From assembly GCA_964016885.1 (NCBI GenBank), contig OZ024747.1:8060001-8124000 (forward strand): 64,000 bases of DNA, read 5' to 3'. A model generated the notes under the pieces. The model was given only the letters and a program-made list of their open reading frames with translations, did no database searches and was not told the origin of the DNA. Positions 12,895 to 26,672 of this stretch are shown piece by piece. The first letter of the stretch is position 1, and each line of letters opens with the position of its first letter. A program made the position numbers and the translations under genes. This stretch comes from Eledone cirrhosa. Taxonomy: Eukaryota.

Positions 12895-12956
12895 AAAAAT
12901 ATATATATATGATTCTTAAAAAGAATGTAACCTCAATATATTAGCTCAAGCCCATC

Positions 12957-12989
<33 letters not shown>

Positions 12990-13534
12990 GATGATGATGA
13001 TGATGATGAGAAATCACATGAATCAAAGTTCTGTTCAAACCATTTATGAACTTTGATTCATGTGAATTCTATATAACTGCTCTGTAGAACAACTGATGTT
13101 ATTACATTGAGCTATTTATCTTACTGGTAATAAGGTAGTAATAAATTACTGTCTTTCACTGTTTAGGGTTTAAAATATATATAACTATAAAAAGTTTTAG
13201 TATATTCATAACCATAAATAGTATCCTTAATACTATATATATATATATATATAGTATTAGGTGTGATCTCTGTGTGTTGGTATTTTAACGATAGTTATAG
13301 CTCTGGTTTATCCAAAGTATTGAGCCCTCTGCCACACATGTCGGATATTGTTTATCGTGATTTCGTGGGCCGATATTCCGATTCTCGATCATTCTACTAT
13401 ATATATATATATATATATTTTGATTATGTGTTGGTTGTTTACCGACGCCACTGAAATACGTATAGCAGCGAATTGGAATAAATGAAGCCAACTTTAACAT
13501 GTTTGATTTACTTATTATTGTATATATATATATA

Positions 13535-13932
13535 GGTCATCAGCAAACAGAAGTTCCTATGGACATCTGATCTTAAACTCCTCTGTTATGGCCTGGAGAA
13601 CTATAATAAATAGGATGCTGAGGACCGAGCCTTGATGAACATCGATACGAACATTGAATTCCTCATTAAATGCGTTAACTACTTTCACTTTGCTTGACCA
13701 CAACTCTATACATGGCTTGCACTGCTCTCTGAAACAATTCATCTGCTCCTAGTTTCCTTAAAGACCATCAGATAACAGATTGTAGAACTCTGTCTAAAGC
13801 CTTCACAAGATCAACAAAAGCTAAATATAGCAGCTTACACTTAACTAGGAACTTGATGTTTCACTAAGAAGAGATCATTTGTAGTACTCCTCACTGACAT
13901 AAAACTGAACTGCATCTCATCTAATTTGACTA
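13535..13932 (-). mobile_element. Degenerate RTE LINE, portion 3' of the CRE insertion
   Basis: VHQGSVLS..FIIVLQAITEEFK..CP; VKLDEMQFSF at the junction. Confidence 0.75.
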
Positions 13933-16011
13933 TTTCCAGAGGGTGGCATACGTCCCATTGCTTCCGGAGGCTGGCTGCCAAGGTGATCTGCAAGTCCATA
14001 ACACACGAACTGGGTGAGGAGTTTAGTCTGGTGCAAAGGGGTGTCGGCGTGTCCGGTGGCTGAGAGGGGGCTGCTCATGCAACCAGGCAGTTCTTCAACA
14101 GCTGCCCATCGGAACCGGCATCCAGGGACTCCAGGCACCTCATTGTTAAGCTTGACATGAGGAATGCCTTCAACTCTTTACGCTGGGATCATCTGCTGGA
14201 GGCCTGCCTCAGCCGAGCCCCCTCTGCCTACCTGCTGGCCTACCTGTCGCATGGAGCCCCGAGCATGCTCCTTGCTGCTGATACGGTCATACCCTCGGCT
14301 ACTGGGGTCCAACAGGGCGACCCTTTGGGACCCCTCCTGTTCGCCCTTGGTATTGACCACATCGCCTGGAGTATCACGCCCCCTCTCAACGTTTGGTATC
14401 TGGATGATGCTATGTTGGGCGGGCGCGTACGGACGGTCTGCTATGACCTTCAATCGGTGATTCCTGCCCTAGCGGGAATCGGCCTCCAGGTCAACTCAGC
14501 CAAGTCAGAGGTGGTGAATGTCAGCCTCGATGCTGCGAGCTTTGCAGCCTCTGTCTTGGACGTACGGTCCATTCTCCGCCAGGTTCAGGTGACCCCCAAA
14601 GAGGATGTCCTCATCCTCGGGTCACCGATCCACCCGCCGGCCATCCGCTCCACCAGGTCCAGGCTTCAACAGCTCCAGACTCTCACGAGCCAACTGGGCT
14701 TGATTGACCGTCACCCAGCTCTCTTTCTGCTGAGGAACTGCTTCGCCATGCCAAAGCTCCTCTATACACTCCGTAGCGCTCCGTGCTACACCCAGACATC
14801 TCTCCTCACTGACCTCGATACTTGTATCCGAGCAGCAGCCGAGGGGATATGCAACGTCAAGTTTGACGACATAGGGTGGCAACAGGCCACTTTACCTGTC
14901 AGGTATTGCGGCCTTGGCCTCCGGTCCCCGATCTCACCAGCTTTGCCAGCGTATCTTTTGTCGGTAACCTCGTGCCATGTCCTCATCAGCAGGGTTCTTC
15001 AAAACACAACAGAACCCTCTGTGTTCAGAGAATGTGAGGCCGCCTGTGAGACGTGGGACCGGCTGGGACTTAGCCCAGTAGACGTCCCTCCTCCTTCTCC
15101 CCCTGTTGACGTCAAGTCCCCCAAACGCACTTGGGATGCCATCCAGTGCAGCCTGGCTTCAGACAGGCTCACGCGCCCGCTCGACCAGCACCACCTTGCT
15201 TGTTTTTGTGCGGCCTTCAAACCCCACAGTGGTACCTGGCTCCATGCCCTGCCCTCCTTCTCCACTGGCATGCAGCTAGACAACCGTAACCTACACATCG
15301 GCGTTTCCCTGAGGCTCGGCCTCCGGATCTGCCAGCCACACCAATGTCGCTGCGGTTCCACCGTGGACTCTTTCGGCCTCCACCCGCTTTCTTGTCGCCA
15401 CAGTGTCGGCCGCATTCCACACCATGCTGCCCTCAACGAGGTCATTAAGCATGGCTTGGACGCTGCAGGCTTCCCTTCCCAGCTCTAGCTGGTGGGGCTG
15501 GATCGAGGGGACGACAAAAGGCCAGATGGCATGACCATCTTCCCGTTCCGCGGTGGCAACCCCCTCGTCTGGGATGCCACTTGCACCGACACTTTCTGCA
15601 GCCGCAACCTGGTGCAGTCTGCGACTGACCCAGGTTCTGCTGCACATCGGGCTGAGGGGGCCAAACTACTTAAATACCGGTCGCTCTCCGACAGGTTTGC
15701 GGTTGTACCCCTGGCAGTGGAGACCTCTGGTGTCCTCGGCCCCAGGGCTACCTCCTTATTCAGCACCATAGGTGCTGAGCTGGCCAGCCGCAGGTGTGAG
15801 CCCCGCGAGTTGGAGTGGCTTTTTCAGCGCGTCTCCCTCGCCGTCCTCTGGGGAAACGCCTTCTCCATTCTGTCCGCCATGGCTGTGGGTGGGCCCCATC
15901 GTATACCATTGTAGTTGTTGTAGAAGAAACAGGAAGACAACAATATCTGTAGGGTTGTTGTTATTTGAAATAAAATTGTTTACGATTTAGAAATCTGTTT
16001 TGCACTGTCAA
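13933..16011 (+). mobile_element. 5'-truncated CRE-clade non-LTR retrotransposon (RT, CCHC knuckle, restriction-like endonuclease)
   Basis: GGIRPIA, KLDMRNAFNSL, GVQQGDPLGPLLF, WYLDD, CRCG..GLHPLSC..HHAALNE, KRPDGMTIFPF..LVWDATC; one in-frame TAG at 15486-15488; ORF ends 15914; AATAAA at ~15969; GC-rich. Confidence 0.85.
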
Positions 16012-16990
16012 AAATTAGTTGCGTGAGAACTCTTTCTGTCACTTTTATAACTTGGTCAATTAGTTTTATGCCCCTGTAGTTGCTCCTTTTCAGAGCATCA
16101 CATTTTTCCTTGTAGCAGTTAATGATTATACTGCTATGCCAATCATTTGGTATGGCACCAATATGTACTACCTGATTGATTAAACAAGTGACTATTTTGA
16201 TAATGTTAGCATCTCAGTGATTATCTCGGATGGTCCAGCTACTTTTCCATTTTCCATTTCCCCGATTTCTTCTTTAACTCTGCAACTGTCAACTTCAATA
16301 GCTAGCCCCTCTGTTAAGTCAACTGGGGTAGTCATTCTTCCATTCATTCTTCACATTCATCAACCCTTCATAATAACATTTCCAAGCCTCTTTCCTTGAG
16401 CACCAGTAAGTCCTAGAGCACCAGTGACATTTCAAACACACTTTTCTGCAACAACTCTGGCACACTGCTTTGCTATGCAGAACACCTTGCACCTTTGGTG
16501 CTCATGTTGTATAACGTTGACAAACCTGATTTCAGCTACTTTACTTCTTTACTACGTAAACCTGTTGTTTAGCTTCTTACAGCTGTTAGATATTGTTCTT
16601 TGCAGCCCCCATTTTCCAGTCTTTCCATGCCTGTCTCTTGGCTTTAATGGTTATGTTTACATTAAGTCACCCTTTATTTAGCTGCTACATTACTCCAACA
16701 AAAGACCTTGTCAGTGGCCTGTAGTAGGTTGTTCAGTAGAAACTTCCAATTGTCCTCAATGTCATATATGTCTTGTATGTGTCATGTAAAGCTTTTCTGA
16801 ACTTAAATTTAACAGAAAGGTCTTTTAGCCTACATACCTCCCTTCTTTAGTTTTTCCTGCATTTCTAATGCTGTCTAGTTTTTATATCTTATTCTGATAT
16901 CGCTGATAATCAACTTATATTGAGTGGGGTGGTGGGATTCTTTATTGGGAATGGCCCTTAGCATCTATAACCATATGTCTATCCTGTTTT
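16012..16990 (-). mobile_element. Degenerate RTE LINE, portion 5' of the CRE insertion
   Basis: DQVIKVTERVLTQL resumes; collinear with 45200-46250 of the near-full-length RTE. Confidence 0.7.
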
Positions 16991-17143
16991 TTAATGAGCA
17001 AGAAGTCAATCTGCATGCATGCATCCACACATACACATGCATGCATGCATACACATATACATACACATACATACACACAGTTATATAAAGTACATGCTGG
17101 AGGGGATTCAAATACAACTATACACAATACTAAAAGCAAATTA

Positions 17144-17465
17144 TTGTATATATTCAAATATAAACCACCAATCCCACTAATTTATGTCTGAGAAATAGGA
17201 AAAAAATCTAAACCTTAGAATTTGAAGTTGGTGAAAATCATCAAACTATTGACCCCTGAATATAAGCCCCCCCCCCCCCCCGTTTTACCATTAATGTTTT
17301 GGTCACATATTCCTCGGATTATCTTCATGTATATATGGTATCTTTAAATCAGTATTATATATGGTATCTTTAAATCAGGATTATATATGGTATCTTTAAA
17401 TCAGTATTATATATGGTATCTTTAAATCAGTATTATATATGGTATCTTTAAATGAGTATTGTATA
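17144..17465. repeat. Degenerate Tigger-like MITE (to ~17340) followed by ~5 tandem copies of a 26-bp end unit
   Basis: tgtatatattcaaatataaacc ... ggattatcttcatgtatatatggta, then (tatatatggtatctttaaatcagtat)n. Confidence 0.6.
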
Positions 17466-17882
17466 TTTTAACCCTTTTAGTACTAAACTATCTGAAACTG
17501 CACCTTATTCTACAATACAAAGCTGTTTATTTTAAAGTGTTTATATTTATTTAAATGCCTTCGTAATTTATTGAAAGAACTTTTGTTAAGTTACATTCCA
17601 AAACCAGCTTGATAATAAAAAAAATTGTATTTCTAAATCTGTCCAAATTCTTGATTATTTTCAAAATTAATTGAAAATCATAGGCAGTGTCTCGCATTAG
17701 AAATATGATAACAAAAGGGTTAAAGTGTTTATATTTATATAAAAAAACTCCCATCACAATTTTAAGTAAGAATTGTTAATTATATCCCAAACACTGTCTT
17801 AATAACGAGAAAGTTAGTTATGTTCCTAAACATCTCCATTTTTTAAAATTATTTTCAAAATGATTTGAAAAAAATATAGGCA

Positions 17883-18000
17883 GTATCTTTCATTAGGAAT
17901 ATGGTAATGAAAGGGTTAAATATCTTTCATTAGGAATATGGTAATGAAAGGGTTAAATATCTTTCTTCAGGAATATGGTAATGAAAGGGTTAAATATCTT
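17883..18000. repeat. 37-bp tandem triplication of a MITE end
   Basis: tatctttcattaggaatatggtaatgaaagggttaaa x3. Confidence 0.9.
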
Positions 18001-18172
18001 TTAAAGGAACTTTCAGTGAGTTTTCTGATTCATGACTGATGTATTGTAATCTGAAACAAGGACCTATATATGGTTATATTAGAAATAAAGCTTCTAAATA
18101 GATATACCATTTGAATCTATGGTGTTTTTTTATGCTTGCTGCTGTTGTTGTTGTGTTCTCTTTCCCTTATAT

Positions 18173-18230
<58 letters not shown>

Positions 18231-18347
18231 AAGGGCAGTCATGCTCTATCACTCCCCTCTTCCTTCACCTTTGACCACCCTTTGCATTATTATCTTTTAT
18301 TCAGAAAGCCAAGCCATGAATGATTAATGAAAATCTCTAAGACTCAC

Positions 18348-18498
18348 CAGGAATTTCTTCATAAGGACTCATATCCTTTTTATTCTGACTGCTATTTTGT
18401 AGTTTATGGGGAGATATATTGCTGCCATAGTGATCTGAGTTTGTTATGAACCTTCTTTCATGTCTTCCAGATGTCATTCCAACTTCTTGAATACAAGC
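18348..18498 (-). CDS. Pcdh: Protocadherin downstream coding exon (cytoplasmic domain)
   Basis: Acceptor tctgtcttcttag, donor gtgagt; 151 bp, open in phase 0 matching the upstream donor; ACIQEVGMTSGRHERRFITNSDHYGSNISPHKLQNSSQNKKDMSPYEEIP. Confidence 0.7.
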
Positions 18499-21156
18499 CT
18501 AAGAAGACAGATATCAAACATGTAGGTTTTTTTTTTTTTTTTTTTCACAATTTAAATATATTCATAAATAGCTAGGACATGTATTCCAGGTGTGTTTGGT
18601 ACACATCACACACCTAACAAATGTCATGAAATGATCGAGGATTTAATAAACTTGTTGTTGTATGTATATTATATATTTCTGATTCATTACAACTTTTTCA
18701 CAATGCTAACATATATGATCAGGATGTTTTTCTCCTCCCCTGCATTATTTATTGATATAACTTGCTGTCATTAGTGGAAGCACAGAGATTTGTTGGTAAG
18801 CTCCCAGTTTGCTTGATTTCCATTGAGAAGCCAATTCCTGCTTGAGCCATACCTTTTCCTTTTACTTACTTATCATATTATTAGTCAATAGCCTAGAAAG
18901 ATGGAATTGACAGCTTAACTTACCTTTGGTAAATTATAATAATGAAATGATCGTGTTCAGTGCTCAGGTGCACTACAACATAAGAAGATACACTTTGATA
19001 GTGATCAGTAGTGACTAGTCAACCCTTGAAAGTTGAACTCTTTCATTACTATATTTCTAATGAGACACTCTGCTTATGATTTTCAAATAATTGTTAAAAT
19101 AATCAAGAATTTGAAAGGATATAGTAACATAACTTACTCATTATTAAGCTGGTATTTGTAACATAACTGAAGAAAAGGTTCTCAAAAAAATTATAAAGGA
19201 GGGTTTAGATTTAAACATGAATACTTTGAACGAAACTGTTTTTCATCATAGAAGCAGGGACAGTTTCAGGTGGCTTGGCATCAAAAGAGCTAAAACACAT
19301 CTTTATTTTCTATATTGTTGAAATATGACATATTTTGGTTCTTCTGATTCCAAACCACCAAAAACCATCTCTGGTTTTATAATAGATATATTATATAATA
19401 TATATATTTAAAGTATTTATATATAAATTTAAATCCTCAATACACCTTGTTAGGTGGTTGGCATGAGGAAAGGCATCCAGCTGTCAAAAGCTTGCTACAA
19501 TATAGAACATATAGGCAATGCGAGGTTGCTCAGACTTGTCTAGTCTCAAACTGTGATAACATGTCCAACCCATGCGATGATGATGATGATGATGAGGAGA
19601 AGGAGGAGTATGATAATTTGTTACACCAATTTTAAAATCTTTGAAATTGGTGGAAGGAAAGGAAGATATGCTAACCCCAGGCCAAAGATTTGATCTGGAT
19701 GCTTGCAATAGAGTGAACTCTGTTAAAGGCTGGAATACCTTTCAGCATACATTTGTTCTAACACTGACTTAGAGGTTGAGCGGGGTGGGGGGGTTAAACA
19801 ACAACAACAACAACAACAATACTAATATCTAGTGTCAAATTACATATGCTGTACTAATCTGATCATCATCATCACCACCATCATTGAAAGTCAGTTGACA
19901 TTCTTTGGAACAACAACTACCATATTTCTTCATCATGGTAATGATAATAATAATAATAATAATCATCATCATCATCACCCTCATCATAATTTTTATGTCA
20001 GTTTTTCCTTGCTTGCATGAGTTATATATATATATATATATATTTAGGTTTGTTGGTTCACCACCGGATAGAACTGGTCATTCCGTATGGTCAATCTTGA
20101 TGCAATATTATGGAAAGTACTCAACGTAGTGCAGTTCACCCGTCTTCGTTTGTGTAGTTGGTGGTGCGAATACGGAGTTAATTATTATGAATAAAATAAC
20201 AGGAGGCTGGACTGGTGAAAATCCTTGAAAAGTTTATTATACTACTACATATATATATACTACTACTTTATATATATATATATATACTTTAGTCCAGAAT
20301 TAGCCATCGAAATGGCTTGAGCTCTACCATCGGGGTCATACTTGTTCCTATGTATATATATATATCATCATCATCATCTTCGTTTAACGTCATTTTCCAC
20401 GCTAGCATGAGTTAGACAGGAGTTGTCCCACTTAAGGCAAGGTAGGTCGGGTGTCCGTGTCTCGCTCATATAGGACTGTCTGGCAGGTTTTCTACGGCTG
20501 GATGCCCTTCCTAACACCAACCACATTTATAGTGTGGAACTGGGAACTTTTTACCGTGATACCTACACGGCCACATTACAGCGTGGACTGTGTGTTTTTT
20601 TCTCGTGACACCTACACAATCTCCATCTCATTTATCTCATTTATTTGGACTGGATGTTGTGGTACCAACTTTATAGAGCGAGGGTGGTGTTGGTGGGTGT
20701 GAGAGGATAGGGTATGGGTAGTGGATTGGGGTGTATATTTGGTTAAGAGGTGCCTACTGACTGTAGGTTTCGCTTTGTACTTAGGCAAGGTGGGTCTTCT
20801 GTATTACTGCGTAGCGCCAAAGATCTCGGTCCAGTGACATTGTCTTAGAGAGGTGTAAGTGTGTGAGGTTGGAATCTATCAGATCATCTCAGGTTTTTCT
20901 GGGTCTTCCTACTCCGTAACTACCATCAATTTTGATCGCACTGCACTTTTTTATGCAGCTGTCGTCTGTATATATTATAAATTCAATTGGAGTCACTATC
21001 GGCTGAAGATCTGATGCTTGTCAGTGAAGACAACCTGAGAAACAATGTTACCTAAATGACATAGTAATATCTATATAACATAACTTGTCCCATGGATTGC
21101 CTGCTCTCCCAACTTTGTATATTCTTGATCAAATTAAAAACACATACACACTCCCC

Positions 21157-21226
<70 letters not shown>

Positions 21227-21241
21227 CATGCATACCAATAA

Positions 21242-21303
<62 letters not shown>

Positions 21304-22249
21304 TTATATACATACCAATATATATATATAGATATGTAGCTACATAGATAGATATAGATATGTGTACATATATATACATATATATATGTGTATATATATA
21401 TACATATATATATGTGTATATAAATATATATATGTGTATATAAATATATATATATATGTGTATATAAATATATATATATGTGTATATAAATATATATATA
21501 TGTGTATATAAATATATCTATATATATATATATATTTATATATATTTATATATGTATATATATGTATATCTATATCTATATATACATATATATACATATA
21601 TAAATACACATACGCATAAATATATAATATATAGACAGATAAATAATAATATATAATAACATACACCAAATAAATGGCGATAGAATAGAAATTAATTAAA
21701 TATAAAAAAGTGGCATCATTATTATTTAGCTGCCATTATCTGTCAAAGCAGACACAATGAGAATGTTTCCACTATAATATTAAATAAGTGAGAAATTCAT
21801 TGCTGAAAATATTTTAGCAATGAAACTCTTCAACACAATGTTGGAAAGACTGTAGAGTAGAGAGTTTGAAAGATTTCAAAATAGGTATTGTTAAAAAAGT
21901 ACACACCTTCACACAGATATATACAGACACTCACAGGCATACATACACATGAACATAATCATTATTTTTTGCCCTAGCATAGGTTGTATGAGGTATGAGG
22001 AATGAGTCAGGATATTGTTGTGATACAGCTGCCACAGATCTGGTCACTTGTACAAAAATTGCACTAAAATGATGTTGGAGGACTTCCTGATAAAACTCCT
22101 TCATAACTAACTGTTCTTTTCTTCTAACATTGTGTCCAATGGTAGATTTCTCAGCATGTACATACATCTTCCTCAACACAGTTTTTCATATAATGCAATT
22201 ACATTCACCCCAATGACTTCCTCCTCAACCATATGTTCATTTCAAATGG

Positions 22250-23380
22250 AATAATTTACTACATTACTGTTAAAACTATCATTTCTACATTAGATTAACT
22301 CCAAATTCTTTCAAATAAATACTTTCCACCACTATTTAACTAAATTTATTTGGCCTCTTAAATCTAATAAGAAATTTGATATTAAGTAGGGAATAATGTG
22401 TTTTGTGAAACCTTATTCCCATTCCCTGATGTCAACTTTGCCTTTTATCTATTCGAAGTTGATAAAAAAAGTACCAGTCTACTACTGGGGTTGATTCTTC
22501 CTCTATATATCTTTCTCACTTTCATTCTCCCATTCTCTATCTCTCTCTGGAAGAAATCTGCTGTAGTCAGACCTGGAGAGATGATGAGTCTTTTAGGAGT
22601 TAGGGGTCTATATACACTCCCATTCCAGCAATCCTTTTCCTATGTGCATTTCTGAAGCATATGAAATATTATTTTCCAGCTGTTTATCAAATTACAATTC
22701 AGAACTATGATATCATTTTTACACAGACACTTTAAATTACTCAAGTATTTTGAACTAGTTTTATTATCTGGTTTGACTCTACTCCCCTCCACTTCAACCT
22801 AAATTTATATACCAACACCATTAAGAACTATTTTAACCATTACATACATACTTCCCCACAATCAAAAATATCTCAAAATATTTAACTAGAACAATATAAG
22901 AGTAAGCAAAATAACACAGCTAACTTTGCATCACAATTAGCCAGCTTCAATGCTAACAAACTTTCACCCTATACAGCTCCACTTCATAATACAATTGCAT
23001 AAGATCTACAATATGCCCTCTAAATAGGTCAGGTCTTAATATGTCTGTCATAATGAGCTGATAATATTTCTATACTGAGCAATTATATTAGTCTTACACT
23101 CAAGGAATTCAAATTCAGTTCAATCAGCAAAGCTATTCTCTCAGAAATATAATGAAAACAGTAGACACAACCATACCCAAACCCAAACATTAACAACTTC
23201 ATAACCAAGTGGAAAACATTAGACCAAGCCAAGCCTTATATACAAAGTGTATATTACAAACTCAGCACTTCAGAAAATATAACCATCTTGTCCCATAAAG
23301 GAACCATTCTGAACTCAAGATCAGAGTTAATGTCCTTCTGTCTGCATGGATCAAAATACTTAATAAAATTACTTGAAAAC
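22250..23380 (+). mobile_element. Highly degraded Penelope-like element (GIY-YIG region, Naiad-like C-terminus), interrupted by a SINE fragment
   Basis: CPL, YISLT..EFK, WK.LDQAKPY and ILNSRSELMSFCLHGSKYL remnants. Confidence 0.6.
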
Positions 23381-24269
23381 CATCAGATAAACTCCATTTT
23401 TAACAATTATTTTTTCTATTTTACTTATTGTGTACACATGCACACGTGCGTGCACACGCACACACACACTATTATTCTATTACATGTTCCAGCTGACAGG
23501 CTGAGGCCATGCTGGGGCACAGGCATTTGCACACACATACATACACACACATATATATATACAGATATAAATGTATTAATTATTTGTATGTTTGCATGTA
23601 AATATTTGTATGTCAACAGTAGCTACAATCATTCAATTGTTGAATGTGTTTATAAAAACAAGGGAGGTCACTAATCTAATCATGTAATTGTCCTGAAGTA
23701 TTCATTGAATAGAGAACATAACTGAAAACAGAAAATAGAAAAATGATATGAAAGGGAATGTAAAAGAAATGCATATTTAATGGGATTTTCCTGTCTCTAC
23801 TATTAAGATATCTATATTGTTTTCCTATGAGTACTTATTGATTTACTAACAGAATGAGGCACCACTAATTCTATTAATTTAATTAAACATAGAATACTAT
23901 TTTAAAGAAAAAATAGAAAATAGTAAATGAAAAATGTATGTGCTTATATAATATTCAGATCACATGCTATACATATTGCAATGTCCCTAAGATTTATTTT
24001 TTAGTAGGTACCTTCACACATGAAAAATCAATTCTGTGAGGCAATTCAATAATTTGTATCATTTTTCAAAATAAATAGGTTTCTCATAACATGTATATCA
24101 GTTCATGTATATAAGTACTTTATCTAAAACTATTCTTTTAATGGCATGAATTATATCGTTATATTGCAGGAAACATGCACATGCTGCAAGTTTTTGATCT
24201 TCTTGGAATATCAAATGTATAGCTATGTTGATGAAGTCACCTCTTACACTGGTTTGCAGTCATTTATAT

Positions 24270-24490
24270 AATGGCTTCTGATTTAGGCACAAGGCCAACG
24301 ATTTTGGGGGCGGGAAAAATTGATTAAATCAACCCCAGTACATTACTGGTGCTTTATTTTATTGATTCCATAAGGATGAAAGGTAAAGTTAACTTCGGTG
24401 GAATTTGAACTCATAACGTAAAGGGCCGTAACTCTATGCAACAAAGCATGTTATCCGATACTCTACCGATACTGCCAATCCACTGCTCTT
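24270..24490 (-). mobile_element. tRNA-derived SINE with Meta-like core
   Basis: B-box gagttcaaattcc followed by cctttcatcct..aataaaataaagcaccag. Confidence 0.75.
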
Positions 24491-24602
24491 AGTCATTTAT
24501 ATAATAAATATCGTATCCAACAGATTATATCCACATAGTTTCTTCTCTAGCCATAGAAAGTCTGCCAAGCAAAGAGCCGAGAGGACTCTTCAACAGTGTT
24601 AA

Positions 24603-24710
24603 AGACATGACAACCTTTCTAGTGGTGGTGTCACAATAAGACATGACAACCTTTCTAGTGGTGGTGTCACAATAAGACATGACAACCTTTCTAGTGGTGG
24701 TGTCACAATA
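24603..24710. repeat. 38-bp tandem repeat x3
   Basis: agacatgacaacctttctagtggtggtgtcacaata. Confidence 0.9.
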
Positions 24711-24999
24711 AAATACACTTAGTAGTGGCACAGGATCATATATAAACAAGTCGTGGGCTGCTGGCCAATTTGTACATTTGGTTGGGTGCAGGAACATGAG
24801 ATGCAGTCTCCTAGTCCACTGTGGGGTCAGTACCCCCCTCCCCCCCTTGAGTATCAACCTTGTCTGCTAATGACCCATCCAAACCTTGCTAGCAGGGGGA
24901 TGATGATGATGATGATGAGCAGAAGCATAGTATAAAGTATATATAGGTAATTAAAAGTATAGAAAAAATATTTGTACTTCCTTCTTTACTCAGCATATA

Positions 25000-25700
25000 C
25001 AGTCAACTTCTACACACTGTGTCTATCTATTATACACCCAGTCAACTTCTACACACTGTGTCTATCTATTATACACCCAGTCAACTTCTATACACTGTAT
25101 CTATCTATTATACACCCAGTCAACTTCTACACACTGTGTCTATCTATTATACACCCAGTCAACTTCTACACACTGTGTCTATCTATTATACACCCAGTTA
25201 ACTTCTACACACTGTATCTATCTATTATACACCCAGTTAACTTCTACACACTGTGTCTATCTATAATACACCCAGTCAACTTCTACACACTGTGTCTATC
25301 TATTATACACCCAGTCAACTTATACACACTGTATCTATCTATTATACACCCAGTCAACTTCTACACACTGTGTCTATCTATTATACACCCAGTCAACTTC
25401 TACACACCGTGTCTATCTATTATACACCCAGTCAACTTCTACACACTGTGTCTATTATACACCCAGTCAACTTCTACACACTGTGTCTATCTATTATACA
25501 CCCAGTGAATTTCTACACACTGTGTCTATCTATTATACACCCAGTCAACTTCTACACACTGTATCTATCTATTATACACCCAGTCATCTTCTAAACACTG
25601 TATCTATCTATTATACACCCAGTAAACTTCTACACACTGTATCTATCTATTATACACCCAGTCAACTTCTACACACTGTGTCTATTTATATAGTCAACCA
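25000..25700. repeat. 39-bp minisatellite, about 18 copies
   Basis: agtcaacttctacacactgtgtctatctattatacaccc. Confidence 0.95.
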
Positions 25701-26231
25701 GTTGAGACTTCCAAACTAGTTTTACTCATGACACACTTTAGAACAAGTAAAAATATTTTTGTGCATTTTGTACTGAAATTTAAAAATATATTCAAACGAG
25801 GCATATATACATATTAGCAGAACATAAAGTATAAATATTGATAGTTAACCCTTTAGCATTTAAACTGGCTGTATCCGGCCAGAATTCTCTCACCTCTTTC
25901 TGTACAAACCAACTGAATCCGGCTGCTCATACTGATGTTAAGGTATTATTTTCAAAAATAAATAATATCAAAATCTCATAGATACGATATGTGAGAAAAT
26001 TATGTAAGGTAAAGCCTTAACCGTGAACATACAATAGTATATATATAAAGTAATGTAAATATTGATAGTTAAAAATACAGAAACATTATTTGTTCTTCCA
26101 AATGAGAGACATGTGCTTGGTGTGATTCATTGTTTGTTTAGTTGTTTCCCCACATTCACATATATGAACTTAACCCACTTTCACATGAAAATATGCTCTA
26201 CCATGGCAGAGCTCATTATATCTGAAAGCAT

Positions 26232-26672
26232 ACCAGAGGGCTGAGGCACCCCCTTTTGGAACCAGAGGGCTGAGGCACCCCCTTTTGGAACCAGAGGGCT
26301 GAGGCACCCTCTTTTGGAACCAGAGGGCTGGGGCACCTCCTTTTGGAACTAGACGGCTGAGGAATCCCCTTTTGGAACCAGAGGGATGAGGCACCCCCTT
26401 TTGGAACCAGAGGGCTGAGGCGCCCTCTTTTGGAACCAGAGGGTGGAGGCACCCTCTTTTGGAACCAGAGGGCTGAGACACCCTCTTTTGGAACCAGAGG
26501 GCTGAGGCACCCCTTTTTGGAACCAGAGGGTGGAGGCACCCCCTTTTTAGAACCAGAGGGCTGAGGCACCCTCTTTTGGAACCAGAGGGCTGAGGCACCC
26601 CTTTTGGAACCAGAGGGCTGAGGCACCCCCTTTTGGAACCAGAGGGCCGAGGCACCCCCTTTTCGAACTAGA
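26232..26672. repeat. 29-30-bp GC-rich minisatellite, about 15 copies
   Basis: ggaaccagagggctgaggcacccccttt. Confidence 0.95.

Noticed and set aside
21000-21055. CTGAAGA...GAAACAATGTT hammerhead-like motif
   Set aside because: No convincing stem I or stem II; may be a decayed copy but cannot be supported
21931-22179. 82-aa minus-strand ORF with a gtgagt donor as an additional protocadherin exon
   Set aside because: No strong acceptor in a compatible phase and no recognisable homology
25000-26672. Regular 39-bp and 30-bp arrays as possible CRISPR or repeat-protein CDS
   Set aside because: Head-to-tail units with no unique spacers, no cas genes, eukaryotic intron context; the ORFs are by-products of the repeat
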